Source: Amoebophrya sp. A120 (lineage: Eukaryota; Protista; Dinoflagellata). Taken from it: 64,000 nt of DNA. The notes under the pieces were generated by a model that worked only from the letters and a program-made list of their open reading frames with translations, did not search any database and was not told the DNA's origin. Location: positions 11,472,591 to 11,536,590 of the forward strand of contig CAJINV010000002.1 in assembly GCA_905178155.1 (NCBI GenBank). Reading direction: 5' to 3'. Shown in pieces: positions 37,784-48,042 of this stretch. Position 1 is the first letter of the stretch. Every line of letters begins with the position of its first letter. The translations under genes were made by a program, and so were the position numbers.

Positions 37784-38981
37784 CTGCTGCGCTGCTTCAA
37801 TCGAAATTCGCGAGCTGCTTCAATCGAAATATGGAAACATAGACATTCTACTGGCCAACGCCCACCATACCACGCGGATTGGAAATTCGTGGCAGCACGG
37901 ATTTCCAATTCGCTCTCTTTGCTGTTCTTCACCTCTTTCCGGGGTCCCGGAGTTTTCGCCTTCCGAGATTTCCCGGGAACTTGTGCAACTTTTGCGCGTT
38001 TTTGTTGCGAATCACGACGGTACGGCCGAGTTGCACAGCGAGTTGCACGGCGCAACTCGCCACGCACCTATCACAACATTTCGCGCCGAACCAGGACGGT
38101 ACGGGCCTTGTTGCAACTTCCCGAAAATTGTGCAACTCGTCGGCGCTGCAGCCGGGCGGCTGCAGCCGGGCGCATGGCATCGGCGGCGGCGCGGTAGGCG
38201 AATGCACTCGGCAAGGCGGGGGCAGCAAGCGCCAGCGCAGCCTGCGGCAGCTGTCCCAAGAAGTGGAAGGACCAGGCAGCAGATTGGCGAAGGAAGGCGG
38301 GGGCGCCGGCAAAGTGATAGCGGTAGGCCCAGTCAGATCTCTCAAACAGGGCATGGAACTAGAAGCAAAGAGCGCGCCCTAATATAATAAAAAAAGCGCG
38401 TCAGCATCAAATGCAAGCTGCAAAACGCACTGCATTCTGCGAAAACACAGCGCGAAAGCGATAGTTTTGAAAACACGAAAACCGACTAAATTCTGACGAA
38501 AAGGAGACCCCGAACCTCTAGAGGTTGGAGGTCTCCTTTGGGGTTTCCTTTAGGCCATTTTCGCCCGCGATTCAAAACAAAATATGGGAGACCTCTACAG
38601 GTCGGGGGTCTCCTTTGGGGTCTCCTTTGTGGAATGCCATCGTGTCTAGCTCTCGAAAAAAGTTCGCCGGATTCCTGACCTGTAGAGGTCAGGGGTCTCC
38701 TTTGGGGTCTCCTTTGAGGTCTCGTCTGCAGAATTCGATCGTGTTTAGAAGAAGCAAAGAGCTCGCCAGAAATCGGACCTCTAGAGGTCAGGGGTCTCCC
38801 TTGGGGTCTCCTTTTAGCCTCAAAAGCTGTAGTCCCGTCGAGATAAGCTTTTGATTAGAGCCCTACAGGTTTGGGGTCTCCTTGAGCGTCAGGTCTTTGG
38901 TCTAGTTGGTTGCAGTCTATAGTTCTCTTGGGTATCATCACTCTCTCTGCTGCGCTGCTTCAATCGAAATTCGCGAGCTGC
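37784..38981. mobile_element. Putative non-autonomous element bounded by identical 35-bp direct repeats, with an internal repeat array
   Basis: CTGCTGCGCTGCTTCAATCGAAATTCGCGAGCTGC at 37784-37818 and 38947-38981. GC-rich non-coding interior. Confidence 0.45.
38513..38884. repeat. Array of a 39-bp repeat with a palindromic head (4 full copies plus 1 partial)
   Basis: Consensus GACCTCTAGAGGTCAGGGGTCTCCTTTGGGGTCTCCTTT at 38513, 38590, 38677 and 38776, partial copy near 38860. Gaps of 38, 48, 60 and ~45 bp. Confidence 0.9.
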
Positions 38982-39521
38982 AGCGCTTCTCTTTTGCTAG
39001 TGCACGCTCCGCTCGTCCCAACCAGCAACTCACCCCCAGACCCTGAGTGATTGGGCACGATGCGATCAATGGAAGAATTGCCGAAACGTATTGAAAGCTC
39101 TGCCTCTGCGACCAACACTTGTTTCGTATCCGCCGTCATCTTTCGAGGTACCGTCGGCCTCCAGCAGGAAACCAGCTTGTTGTACAGCTTTAGCACAGTA
39201 TAATTTCTGTTAGTCACGATCTTGAATTCGAGCACCAGCCGTGATATTGGGATTAGCGTTTAGCGGATAATTGGGTTCGAGTGTACTGTTCAGTACATAG
39301 AAAACAAGCAAGGGTAATTTATTGCCGAATACGAGTGAGTGAGAGAGAGCAGTTTTAGTTTGTCGATTTCTGTTGTTCAAGAAAACAAATCAGGTATAGT
39401 AGTGTTGCGTACTGCACGTTGTCGAATCTGATTATTATCGTCAGCATAGTCAATTTGGTTTCCGTGCCGCTTGCTGTTGTAGCGGGAGAACAAGCTCGAT
39501 CCTGGTTCCCTTCAAACAAGC

Positions 39522-40041
39522 TTATTCGTCCTCGGCCTCGGCCTTCAGGGCATCCAGCTGGTTAACCAGCTCGTCTAATCGCTTCTGGAGCTCTTCGTTC
39601 CTCTGCTTCAATTCTTCATTCTCCGCTCGCAATTCCTCCACGTCGACACCTTGTCGTGTAAGAGAACACAGGTTCGATCGATGCTTTTTACTTTTTCCAA
39701 TTTTCTTTGCCTTTGGCACCAAATGAAAATCAAGCAAAAACAACGTTACCAAAAAACTCTCTACCTGTTGGCGCGCCGAGATACTTTTTGATGTAGTCGA
39801 TGGCATTGGCCGGTCTTTCTGGCTCCTCATACAGACCAACTAAAACTTTCGTTAGCTGCGAAATGACGCCATTCGCCTCCAAGTACCTTTTTGTTTTTGA
39901 TAGGCTTGAAAGGATTATAATCTAGTTTGCGCAACGCAACGCAAGAAAAATTCATTGACCGCCATGGATAAACATTGCAGCAACACGTAATAGATACTTT
40001 CGGAACTCCTCCTTTTGTGTGTCTGCGCTTTCGAAGCTCAT
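39522..40041 (-). CDS. MYCBP: c-Myc-binding protein (MYCBP/AMY-1) homologue, 3 exons
   Basis: Spliced product MSFESADTQKEEFRKYLEANGVISQLTKVLVGLYEEPERPANAIDYIKKYLGAPTGVDVEELRAENEELKQRNEEL... through two GT-AG introns. Carries the family signature KVLVxLYEEPExP. Confidence 0.92.
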
Positions 40042-41722
40042 CTTGTTTTCTGCCGTGTCTAGCTAACGAACTAGCTTTCAAACGAGGGTAGCGTACAACT
40101 CCAATTTCCTAAGTTTATTGTAGACTGAGGTAGGCGAGGTCCGGTGTTCCGGCGTGGTCGATTGACCTGGGAGTAGGTCTGGAACAGGGGGGTAGGGTGC
40201 ACGTGAAGACTCAAAGGCAATAGTGCCATGATCCGAGGTCGGAGCTGTATTGTAAAACACGGTTTACATTGGTTAAGCGGTAACTGGAATACGTAGGTCA
40301 CCCGTCTTTAGACGATATCAGAGTGATTTTTTTTTTCTTGATATGATTTCGTCCCTGCATAAGTATGTAGTAATTCTCAGCTCCAGGTAACAAGCTACCT
40401 CTACCCTCAACACGTCGCTCCAGTTCCACATTCGCTCATCAAAGACAACAACAGGCGTCTGGAGACGCATGGGCATGCCTAGTGAAACGTGCACAAAGCT
40501 CCGAACAACGACTACTTAGGAGGTTCTTGTAAAGTTACAAACCAAATAAAAGGTCGAAGAATATATAAAATTCGATACTGCTCGTTCGACCTTTCGATCT
40601 GCTATACTCTTTGTCTTTCAACTTCTCTTTCTGCTCAATAACAAGCGCAGTATTGCAATCGACATCTCCTGACAACCGAACTACTATACTTGATGTTGGT
40701 GTTGCAAACTTTATTCTATTCTCTTGTTGTCGTCGCAAGTGCGAGGAGATATAGAGACGGAGGATGATCACGAGCTGCCAGTTGATCTTTTGAAGAGCCA
40801 TTCTGGTGCAACAAGGGGAGCTATGGCTATCCCTGTCCCTACCCCGACGCATCAAAAATATGATTTTCTCTTTATTCATTTCGTAGTGGCATTGTGTCGA
40901 CAGACTACAAGGATGTCGGCGTCAGAGTAAGTCTCAGAGGTGGAGGCGTGGCTCACAGAAACTTCGCTTGGACCTTTCCAAACGAAACCTCTACCGCTGC
41001 CCGAAGGATAAGGAGGTTCAAATAAACCGAATAAACAAGTTCTTCATTATTCAAGTCAGTAAAAAGGTAGTGCGAAAACGAGGGAAATACCAAAACGGCG
41101 AATCGCTAGCGTGTCTGTGCTGTCAACAAGTGTATAGATACTTACTAGGAGGACAAAGAGTAAAACTACATAATGGACCGCCTCTCCGGAGATATCAAAA
41201 GACAAGAGTCAACATAGTGAACCAACTCAATATGCGAGGACAAACTATTCAGAAAAAAACCGGGGAGAAAGCAAAGTCGCTACCTTTTCGGTTTTCCAAA
41301 ATTCAAGCTAGACTCTATGAACATATCGCCTTTATTCAGCCGGGGTGCAAGTGAATGTCACTTCTTCAGAAAAACACCAAAAAACACCAAACCAGCGTCA
41401 TGCCCTCGCCTTTTTTCATCGACTTCACTCACATCTTTTTGTCTCTTGGGCTTGCGGCAAAAAAAGGAGGGAGACAGCCGTATCCGGAGGACGCATCCAT
41501 CTTTATGGCTGAGTATGTAGTTACTGCTTTGGTTATGCACCGCGCGTAAACATAAAGTTTCTTCCTTGCTAAAAAAATGTGTGCCTTAATTTTAAACAAT
41601 AGTCTTGCTCTTGCAGCCAAAAACGGAATTCATACGAGTGCCTTGTTCTTCCTGCACACTTCTGCTTGATCATAATCAGTACGGCGAGAAGAAGCAGAAA
41701 TGCAACAGCATCTTCCGCCTCT

Positions 41723-44700
41723 TTAGACTTGTTGCAGGGCCTTTTTTGTCTCCTCAAAGTCGAGAGAGGAGGAGCTGCTGGAGGATGATGAACTGGCACT
41801 GGGAAGAGATGCGCGTTGTACGAGCACTCTAGTGCCCCTTCTCCCAATAGAAGAAGTCACACTTCCGAAACATCGAGAAGGTCCTGAAGATGTACCATAC
41901 AGTAGGAGGCTAGATGATTCATCTCGTCCTCGTGTTTCTGTCGTTTGTTGCTCTCGTCTGGCTTCATGCGAACCATCTGTTTGGACGCAGCGCTGGACGT
42001 CCGGGCTACTTGTCGCAGACCGCGCGGCGTCACACGTCTCTGGGCCCAAGCGGCGTACGTAGCCGTCGTCGGAATCGAGATGATCTACGAGAAAGGCGCC
42101 TCCTAATGTACTCGCTTTGTGTTTTGACAACTCGAGCATCGCCTTTTGTTTCGCACTCTGGTTTTGCCCTGCGACAGCCGGTGCCGGATTGCAAATGCAA
42201 AAGGAATCTCGCTGCAGCGCGCAAAGCCCCTGGTCCTGAAGTAGCGACAATTCGCCACACACCGACAGCAAGGCCTCCGGGGACTCTGCATGCATTCCGC
42301 GCCCGTCTTGCACGACCGGCGTCCACTCTACTGCGCTTGGCTCCTCACTGTCTAGTACCGGCGACGCGGCTGCAGCCAACTCCAAAAGGTCCAGCCTAGT
42401 AGTGCGCTCTAGGTTAGAAAAAAGCAACTCATCCTCGGAGGATGACGCGCTAGAAGAACTACCTCCGTCATCTTCAAGGTCGTCTGTTGACGCTGCTGGT
42501 GGTGCGACTCGAGGATGTTGAAAAGGCTTTCTCGAGGCCGGACCAACTTCCTGCTCAGTGCTCTTATTTTCGTCGTGAAGATCACGTTGGTGACAGAAGC
42601 TCTCTACTGCGACGCCCACCTCATTCTGTGTGTCCGCGCCAGAAAAACTTTGCTCTTCGGTGTCCCACTTCTCGCCAGCTAGCTCTAGTAGCTTGGCTCC
42701 GTTTCTCCTGCTTCCGCAGGTTTGTGAACGCATCTTGACGGCGGGCACGACGTCGTCAGAACTTGACGAGGAATCGGAATCGCCTGCGGCAGCTTGTGAT
42801 GCGGTTGCAGAAGAGGATGAAGATGAACTGTCAATTCCGTCCTCCCCAAAATACTCTCTTCCAAAAACGTCCCTTCGGGCGCCGAACAGTGTGCGGAAGG
42901 GCAAGTCCGATTCCAGACTCTCCGTTTTGAAGTCGTCCAGACTGAAGCTCGACAAGCGCCAGCCGTTCGTCACAACTCCGCGCTGGAGCTCCTCTACTTC
43001 GTATTCGTCAAGACGTCCCCGCTCCGCCATAGCCAGCCATCCCTCCCGCAGCTCGCCGGGCGGCAAGCGCCAAAAAGTCTGCTGCGTGCGCGTGAGATGC
43101 CGCCAGTAAAACTTGACCTGTTCCACGTCCGTCCACACGTGCGCAATTAGCTCGGGGAAATGCGTAAACACGAAGACCATCTCCTCCGCGGTAGGGGGCT
43201 CGATCGCAGAAAGTTCTTTGTCATTCGTCGGCCAGGACAGAAACACGCTGCTGCAGGTGGTTTCCTCGCTAGGTTCGCCGAACCCGGACCCGGAGGAAAT
43301 TGTTCTGGTAGACGGCGTAGCGCGGCTACCGCTGCTGCAGGAGGAACTTGATGCTGCACCTCCGAAAATGCCACTCCGCCAGCGGCCGGCATCTGCGGCA
43401 CTAGCACCATAGTGCGTCCCTCTTTTTTTTCGAAACAGGTCAGGGTGACACTCGTCGTCCCGATAGAATTCCTTCTCCCCGGTTCGCCGCGCATTTTCCT
43501 TGCTTCCAGCCTGTCGTGCCAGAGCGTGTTCCTTAACAGAAACGAAATTTTTCACCTTGTCTGGCGATTGATTGCCTACTACGTTCGTGAAAAACTTGTT
43601 GTATTTCCTCCTCTCAGCCTCAGACGGTCCGGTATAATAGGGCGATGCGTAAAGATGAGATTCCTGCCCCGCCAGCGCAGCCCGGTTCGATGTAGCTTTC
43701 TGGTCTGGCTTACTACTAGATGACGTCGAAAATAACACAGGGGATTGTTGATGCTTTGGTGACATCCATACCGCCACCTCGTCTATTCTGTGTTTTCTTC
43801 CGCCTGCGTCTCCTCCCGGCGATTGCGTTTGCATTTTCTTGTGCTTGGACATCCAATACTCCTGCTTCTCTGCGAAGGATCCTGCTCCGCGACGAATCTC
43901 ATTGTGGCGCTCGTGACTCTCGTTCGGGTTGTGCCTGTGTCCTCGTGCGCGCCTGTCATGAGCTTCCCTCGCTGACGCACAAGAGAAATCTTTGCTTTCG
44001 TTGTCGCGGGACCACGCGTGCGCCGGTGTGTTACAATTATCGAAGGGGACAGTGGAACAGGAACCCCACAAAATCTGCGTCTGGTCGCCGGTGACATAGT
44101 TCTTTTTACAAAAAGCTTGTTCACTAGGATTCATCTTTTGGCCTGCTCCGTAGTATACCTGCAAGTGAGGTAGGGAATCGGCGGACACGCAAAGCACGGA
44201 TGCTGCGGGCACGGGCACAGGTACTGGGACAAGAAACGGCACAGGCATCACTGCCACCGGCATCGGAACACTTTGCACCTCCACCTGCGGAGGTTGAGGC
44301 ACTTTATCTTGCGGCTGATGGCTGTGTAATTGTTCAGGTCCATTTCCTGACGTGGAAGAAGACGAGCTGGCGCCGGTAAATGAGCACGGTCCAGTGAAAG
44401 CAGGAGCTTCTTCATCTGCGAATTGCGTTTTCTTCTCCTCAGAACGTTCATTTTTCACGACCAGCCCGCCGGTGGCAAGTTTTTGTCGTTGCTGGTCCTC
44501 CATTCTTTTGCGGGCACATGCGGACCAAGACGCAGACCTTGTTGTGTCGGTTCTTCTCCGGTCGCAACTTTTCTCAAATTTCGTCTTGCACGCAGCAAGC
44601 AGCTCATCCTCATCCTGTCCCCTGCCCTCTTCGAAATAAACACCTCCTGCGGACGTCGACCTGTCGGAATCAGCTGATGCCCAGGTTCGCCATTTTGTTT

Positions 44701-45280
44701 CGTGCTCCGGGATACTCGAAACGCATGCTGGTCGTGGTGCTGAGACTGCTGGTGAGCCATGAACAATGCTAGCACAGTCTTGGTGCTGGGGAAGCGGAGA
44801 CGAGGGCTCTTCGTTCGGCTCACCAGCGACAACTCCTACCGGTGTCCGGTCGCGTGATTTAGCAGAAGGCTCGTCCACTCTCGTCGTCATTTTTGCGTCT
44901 TTTCCTTCATTCCCTGGTGGTGCGACCTCTTGAGTCGCGACCCCCGTCATGATTCCCGCCGGCAATGTTGATCCTGTGCCCACGCGCTTCAGCTTATCCA
45001 GGTAAGAAGGCTTCGGTCGCGGATGAACGACACGGCGCTCTGCTGCAGTCTCTGGTGTGTCCGCCGCGCCTGCGCGCATCGATGACGCCCGCGTCGGCGC
45101 GCCAATGCGCAAGAACGCTGCAGCGAAGCAAACGCCAACGATGATGTCATCGGAAGGGACTTGCTGGAAGAAACTAGTGATGCTGATGGTCATACCCAGT
45201 AGAGCCAGGGTCCCCAGAAAGTTCCTTCCTGTGCGTCGCAAACGCACTTGTTCGAAACAAAAGCTGCTTTTTCTTCCCAT
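41723..45280 (-). CDS. 1185-aa hypothetical protein with a hydrophobic N-terminus
   Basis: Uninterrupted ORF. N-terminal hydrophobic segments, mostly low-complexity, one Trp-rich ordered-looking stretch (FLSWP...KFYWRHL...FWRLPP). Confidence 0.72.
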   Translation of the reverse strand: MGRKSSFCFEQVRLRRTGRNFLGTLALLGMTISITSFFQQVPSDDIIVGVCFAAAFLRIGAPTRASSMRAGAADTPETAAERRVVHPRPKPSYLDKLKRVGTGSTLPAGIMTGVATQEVAPPGNEGKDAKMTTRVDEPSAKSRDRTPVGVVAGEPNEEPSSPLPQHQDCASIVHGSPAVSAPRPACVSSIPEHETKWRTWASADSDRSTSAGGVYFEEGRGQDEDELLAACKTKFEKSCDRRRTDTTRSASWSACARKRMEDQQRQKLATGGLVVKNERSEEKKTQFADEEAPAFTGPCSFTGASSSSSTSGNGPEQLHSHQPQDKVPQPPQVEVQSVPMPVAVMPVPFLVPVPVPVPAASVLCVSADSLPHLQVYYGAGQKMNPSEQAFCKKNYVTGDQTQILWGSCSTVPFDNCNTPAHAWSRDNESKDFSCASAREAHDRRARGHRHNPNESHERHNEIRRGAGSFAEKQEYWMSKHKKMQTQSPGGDAGGRKHRIDEVAVWMSPKHQQSPVLFSTSSSSKPDQKATSNRAALAGQESHLYASPYYTGPSEAERRKYNKFFTNVVGNQSPDKVKNFVSVKEHALARQAGSKENARRTGEKEFYRDDECHPDLFRKKRGTHYGASAADAGRWRSGIFGGAASSSSCSSGSRATPSTRTISSGSGFGEPSEETTCSSVFLSWPTNDKELSAIEPPTAEEMVFVFTHFPELIAHVWTDVEQVKFYWRHLTRTQQTFWRLPPGELREGWLAMAERGRLDEYEVEELQRGVVTNGWRLSSFSLDDFKTESLESDLPFRTLFGARRDVFGREYFGEDGIDSSSSSSSATASQAAAGDSDSSSSSDDVVPAVKMRSQTCGSRRNGAKLLELAGEKWDTEEQSFSGADTQNEVGVAVESFCHQRDLHDENKSTEQEVGPASRKPFQHPRVAPPAASTDDLEDDGGSSSSASSSEDELLFSNLERTTRLDLLELAAAASPVLDSEEPSAVEWTPVVQDGRGMHAESPEALLSVCGELSLLQDQGLCALQRDSFCICNPAPAVAGQNQSAKQKAMLELSKHKASTLGGAFLVDHLDSDDGYVRRLGPETCDAARSATSSPDVQRCVQTDGSHEARREQQTTETRGRDESSSLLLYGTSSGPSRCFGSVTSSIGRRGTRVLVQRASLPSASSSSSSSSSSLDFEETKKALQQV

Positions 45281-47070
45281 TTTTGAAAATACAGCTTCTA
45301 ACTCATCTAACTTATTGACAGTTGTGATGCTGTACCTCGTTTTCTAGTGACGAATCTACAGGTGGCTGAGCAGAAGAGTTCTCACAAATGAGCAGCTCCA
45401 ATGATAGTACAAATGAACGCCTTGCTTTCGTAGACCTGCTAGATCCGCATCTTTCTAAAATCTCATTTAGTCGATTTTACCAAGGAAAGAGTGAGAGCAA
45501 TGAGATCTGCGTGAGAAAACCTTCCTTTCTGAAGTCGCCAAACAGAAGCCAAAGAAGAAACAGATCATATAGTGTTCCGACGCAGCCGCTGCTCACCACG
45601 GAAAAATCATGCGGGGGGCGATGTCAATGTCGGTGAGCCAGATCAAACCATGACAGATCCTACTCGTGATACTGCATCGCATCAAAAGTTTGCAAAGAAC
45701 ATCAAGAAGAACGAGCACCGCGATGGACCAGAACTATCTGAATGCATGGATCGAGAATGTTTTTACGAACAACAGGTTTTGGTTTTCTTTAATGACCACC
45801 GACCAAAGATGGCGGTCAATCGCAAGCGCAACTGCTACTGCTAGCAAGCGTGTCTGCATTAGCATTTCTCTGCTACCTGCTGGTGGTGATAGTCACAGCC
45901 AATGCCAGAGTCACTCGACTCTTCATCTGCACACTCAATCATAAGATGTGTGCGAGCGAGAAGTCATATATAGAAAGTAAAATCCCAAAGGGAAGTTTGA
46001 ATAGAGCACTGTAGCAAGGCGAAAAGTCATATAGAAATCCAAATGCGCTCCCAGTGAGCTCAAAGAAATCGACGTCCACGAGAATTCTTTCGCGGTAAAG
46101 TAACGAATAAGACAGCGAGTGTCATCGATGACACCCGTGTTGCCGCGCTTGATGCGATCCCCACAGCGGATAAATTTTCACCGACAAAATTCGGTGTGGG
46201 ATCATCAAAAAAGCCAACGTCAAAACTCTTGCCCTGCTTGTGTTTCCCGTCGATCTACATCATGATCAAACTTAATGTGAAAATGCTTTGGACTTTGGAG
46301 GAAAAGTTTTACGGAATCAGCAGAGAAATAAATCGTTATCGTTTCTCTTTCTAAACGAAACTCTATCGGCTTGTTGTTTAGAGATCTCGATCTGGTATAT
46401 CGGTACCATACTAGCGAAAGCGAAAAAGATATCTTGCTTTTGATACTGCAAAAGGGACAACAGCCTTCTGTTAGAGTTCAAATAACGAAAAGACGCGCTT
46501 GGCGCACGATTCTCCGTAATTAATGCGAATTGCCAGAACTATCGACGATCTGACTAGTACCAACAATGAAAACGTACAAATTACGAGCATTTGACTCGTT
46601 TGCCGCTTCGTGTCTGCAAAAAACAACATGAAAAAGAATTAAATAGAATTCTTTCATGTGTTGGCAGAAAAAAAGCGATTCAAACGGAGGCTGCGGGAAC
46701 TGCGAGGCTAATGTGGAAATTAAAAAGGCTAATATCGAAAACCTATATGCCGGCTGCCTATGTATAATCCGTTCCTGAGCAGGCCCCCGGTTCCGTGACA
46801 CGGCAAGGCAACCAGGTCGTTCAGCGAGGTACAAAGTCTTGGTGCTCGCTGAACTGGAAATCGTGCTCTTCGACTACGAATCACTGCGCGTTCGAAATCG
46901 AGCCAGAAAACAATACAAACTCAGATAGACAAATCAGAATAATTCATCGTAAACTAAAAACTCTTTGATATTGATTCAAAAAAACGAAATATAACATAAA
47001 ACATTTTACATTGATTCGCATGTAATAACCACGACGTACAATTACAATTGCAATTTATTCACTTCACTTC

Positions 47071-47469
47071 GGGGGGTGGTGGTTGGCGGTGGCCTCTTCG
47101 CATGTGGCTCACTAGACCGGGGCAGGGAACGACGCAACGCTATGCACCACGGGCACGCGACTACCAAATGCCAGTGTGGACGCCAATCCGGGCAGGAATT
47201 CACGAGGGAAACTCGCGAGACTACAACCCTATTTGTTCAACAGAGGAGTCAAAATGAGAGGAGACTCGATCTTTCAGTCCTCGCGCGCGCAGGGACTAAC
47301 TGCGCGAGGCTCTACGTTTCAGCGCCCTTACTCCGGGGTCGCGTCCGGAGTGTACTACTTCGTGGGATCCCGACCCTGTTGCTGTGCGTTGTGCGCTCGG
47401 CCAGGCGCGGGGTCGGGAAGGCCGGGGGTGCGTTGTGCGTTGTTCGCAAGTAGTACAAAAAACTGTTTT
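47071..47469 (+). ncRNA. Candidate structured RNA or structured repeat, family unassigned
   Basis: GC-rich island next to AT-rich DNA, with a long-range helix, at least five hairpins mostly extended by G-U pairs on the + strand, and a downstream TTTT. Confidence 0.3.
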
Positions 47470-48042
47470 ATCAGCGGCGCTGAGTACTTCGTCTTCATTT
47501 TTCCCACCTCGCCAGTGTCGTCTCCTGGCCGTGGAGGAGCAGGAGCGATAGATCACAGAATGTCATCAGTTTAATCTTCATGTTGCTTTACGTATTTTCA
47601 TCGTGTGGTGGCCGGTTTGCTATTGCTTCCCCTGTCCCGGCCCTGTCAAATCTTAATTGCGTGCCTGCCGCGCAGCTACATACTCCGGCGTGCTGTGCCA
47701 TTTCTTAATCTTAGTCTTTCTAAGTACAATCTGCTTCCGTAGTGCCATGAATGCCGAGCCTTTCAATGCTGCCTCACAGCAGGTTCCTTTCAAAAACCGC
47801 CACTCCCCCATTTAATATCAAAGCTCTCCTCTGCTCCGGTTGAAACTGCTTCCAATAGAATATCTGCATGTCGCGCTGAACGTCAAGCGACAAGCCTCGA
47901 CCATTGCATCATCAGATCAGAATATTACCGTTTGGTATGCTCGCATTCAACCACCCAAATAAATAAGTTCTCTTCGAGCCACTGCAATTCTTGTGGAGTG
48001 GGTTCCGACGTGCGCGGCCAAGTTAGCAACGAATCTCGCAGT

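Noticed and set aside
38513-38884. CRISPR array
   Set aside because: Gaps vary from 38 to 60 bp, two gaps are homologous, there are no cas genes and the context is eukaryotic.
46149-46208. Imperfect intergenic hairpin TTGATGCGATCCCCACA...TGTGGGATCATCAA
   Set aside because: Isolated, with no TSD or second copy in the window.
47221-47231. CTACAACCCTA as a telomerase RNA template
   Set aside because: It would specify an unusual TTGTAGGG repeat, and nothing in the window supports that.
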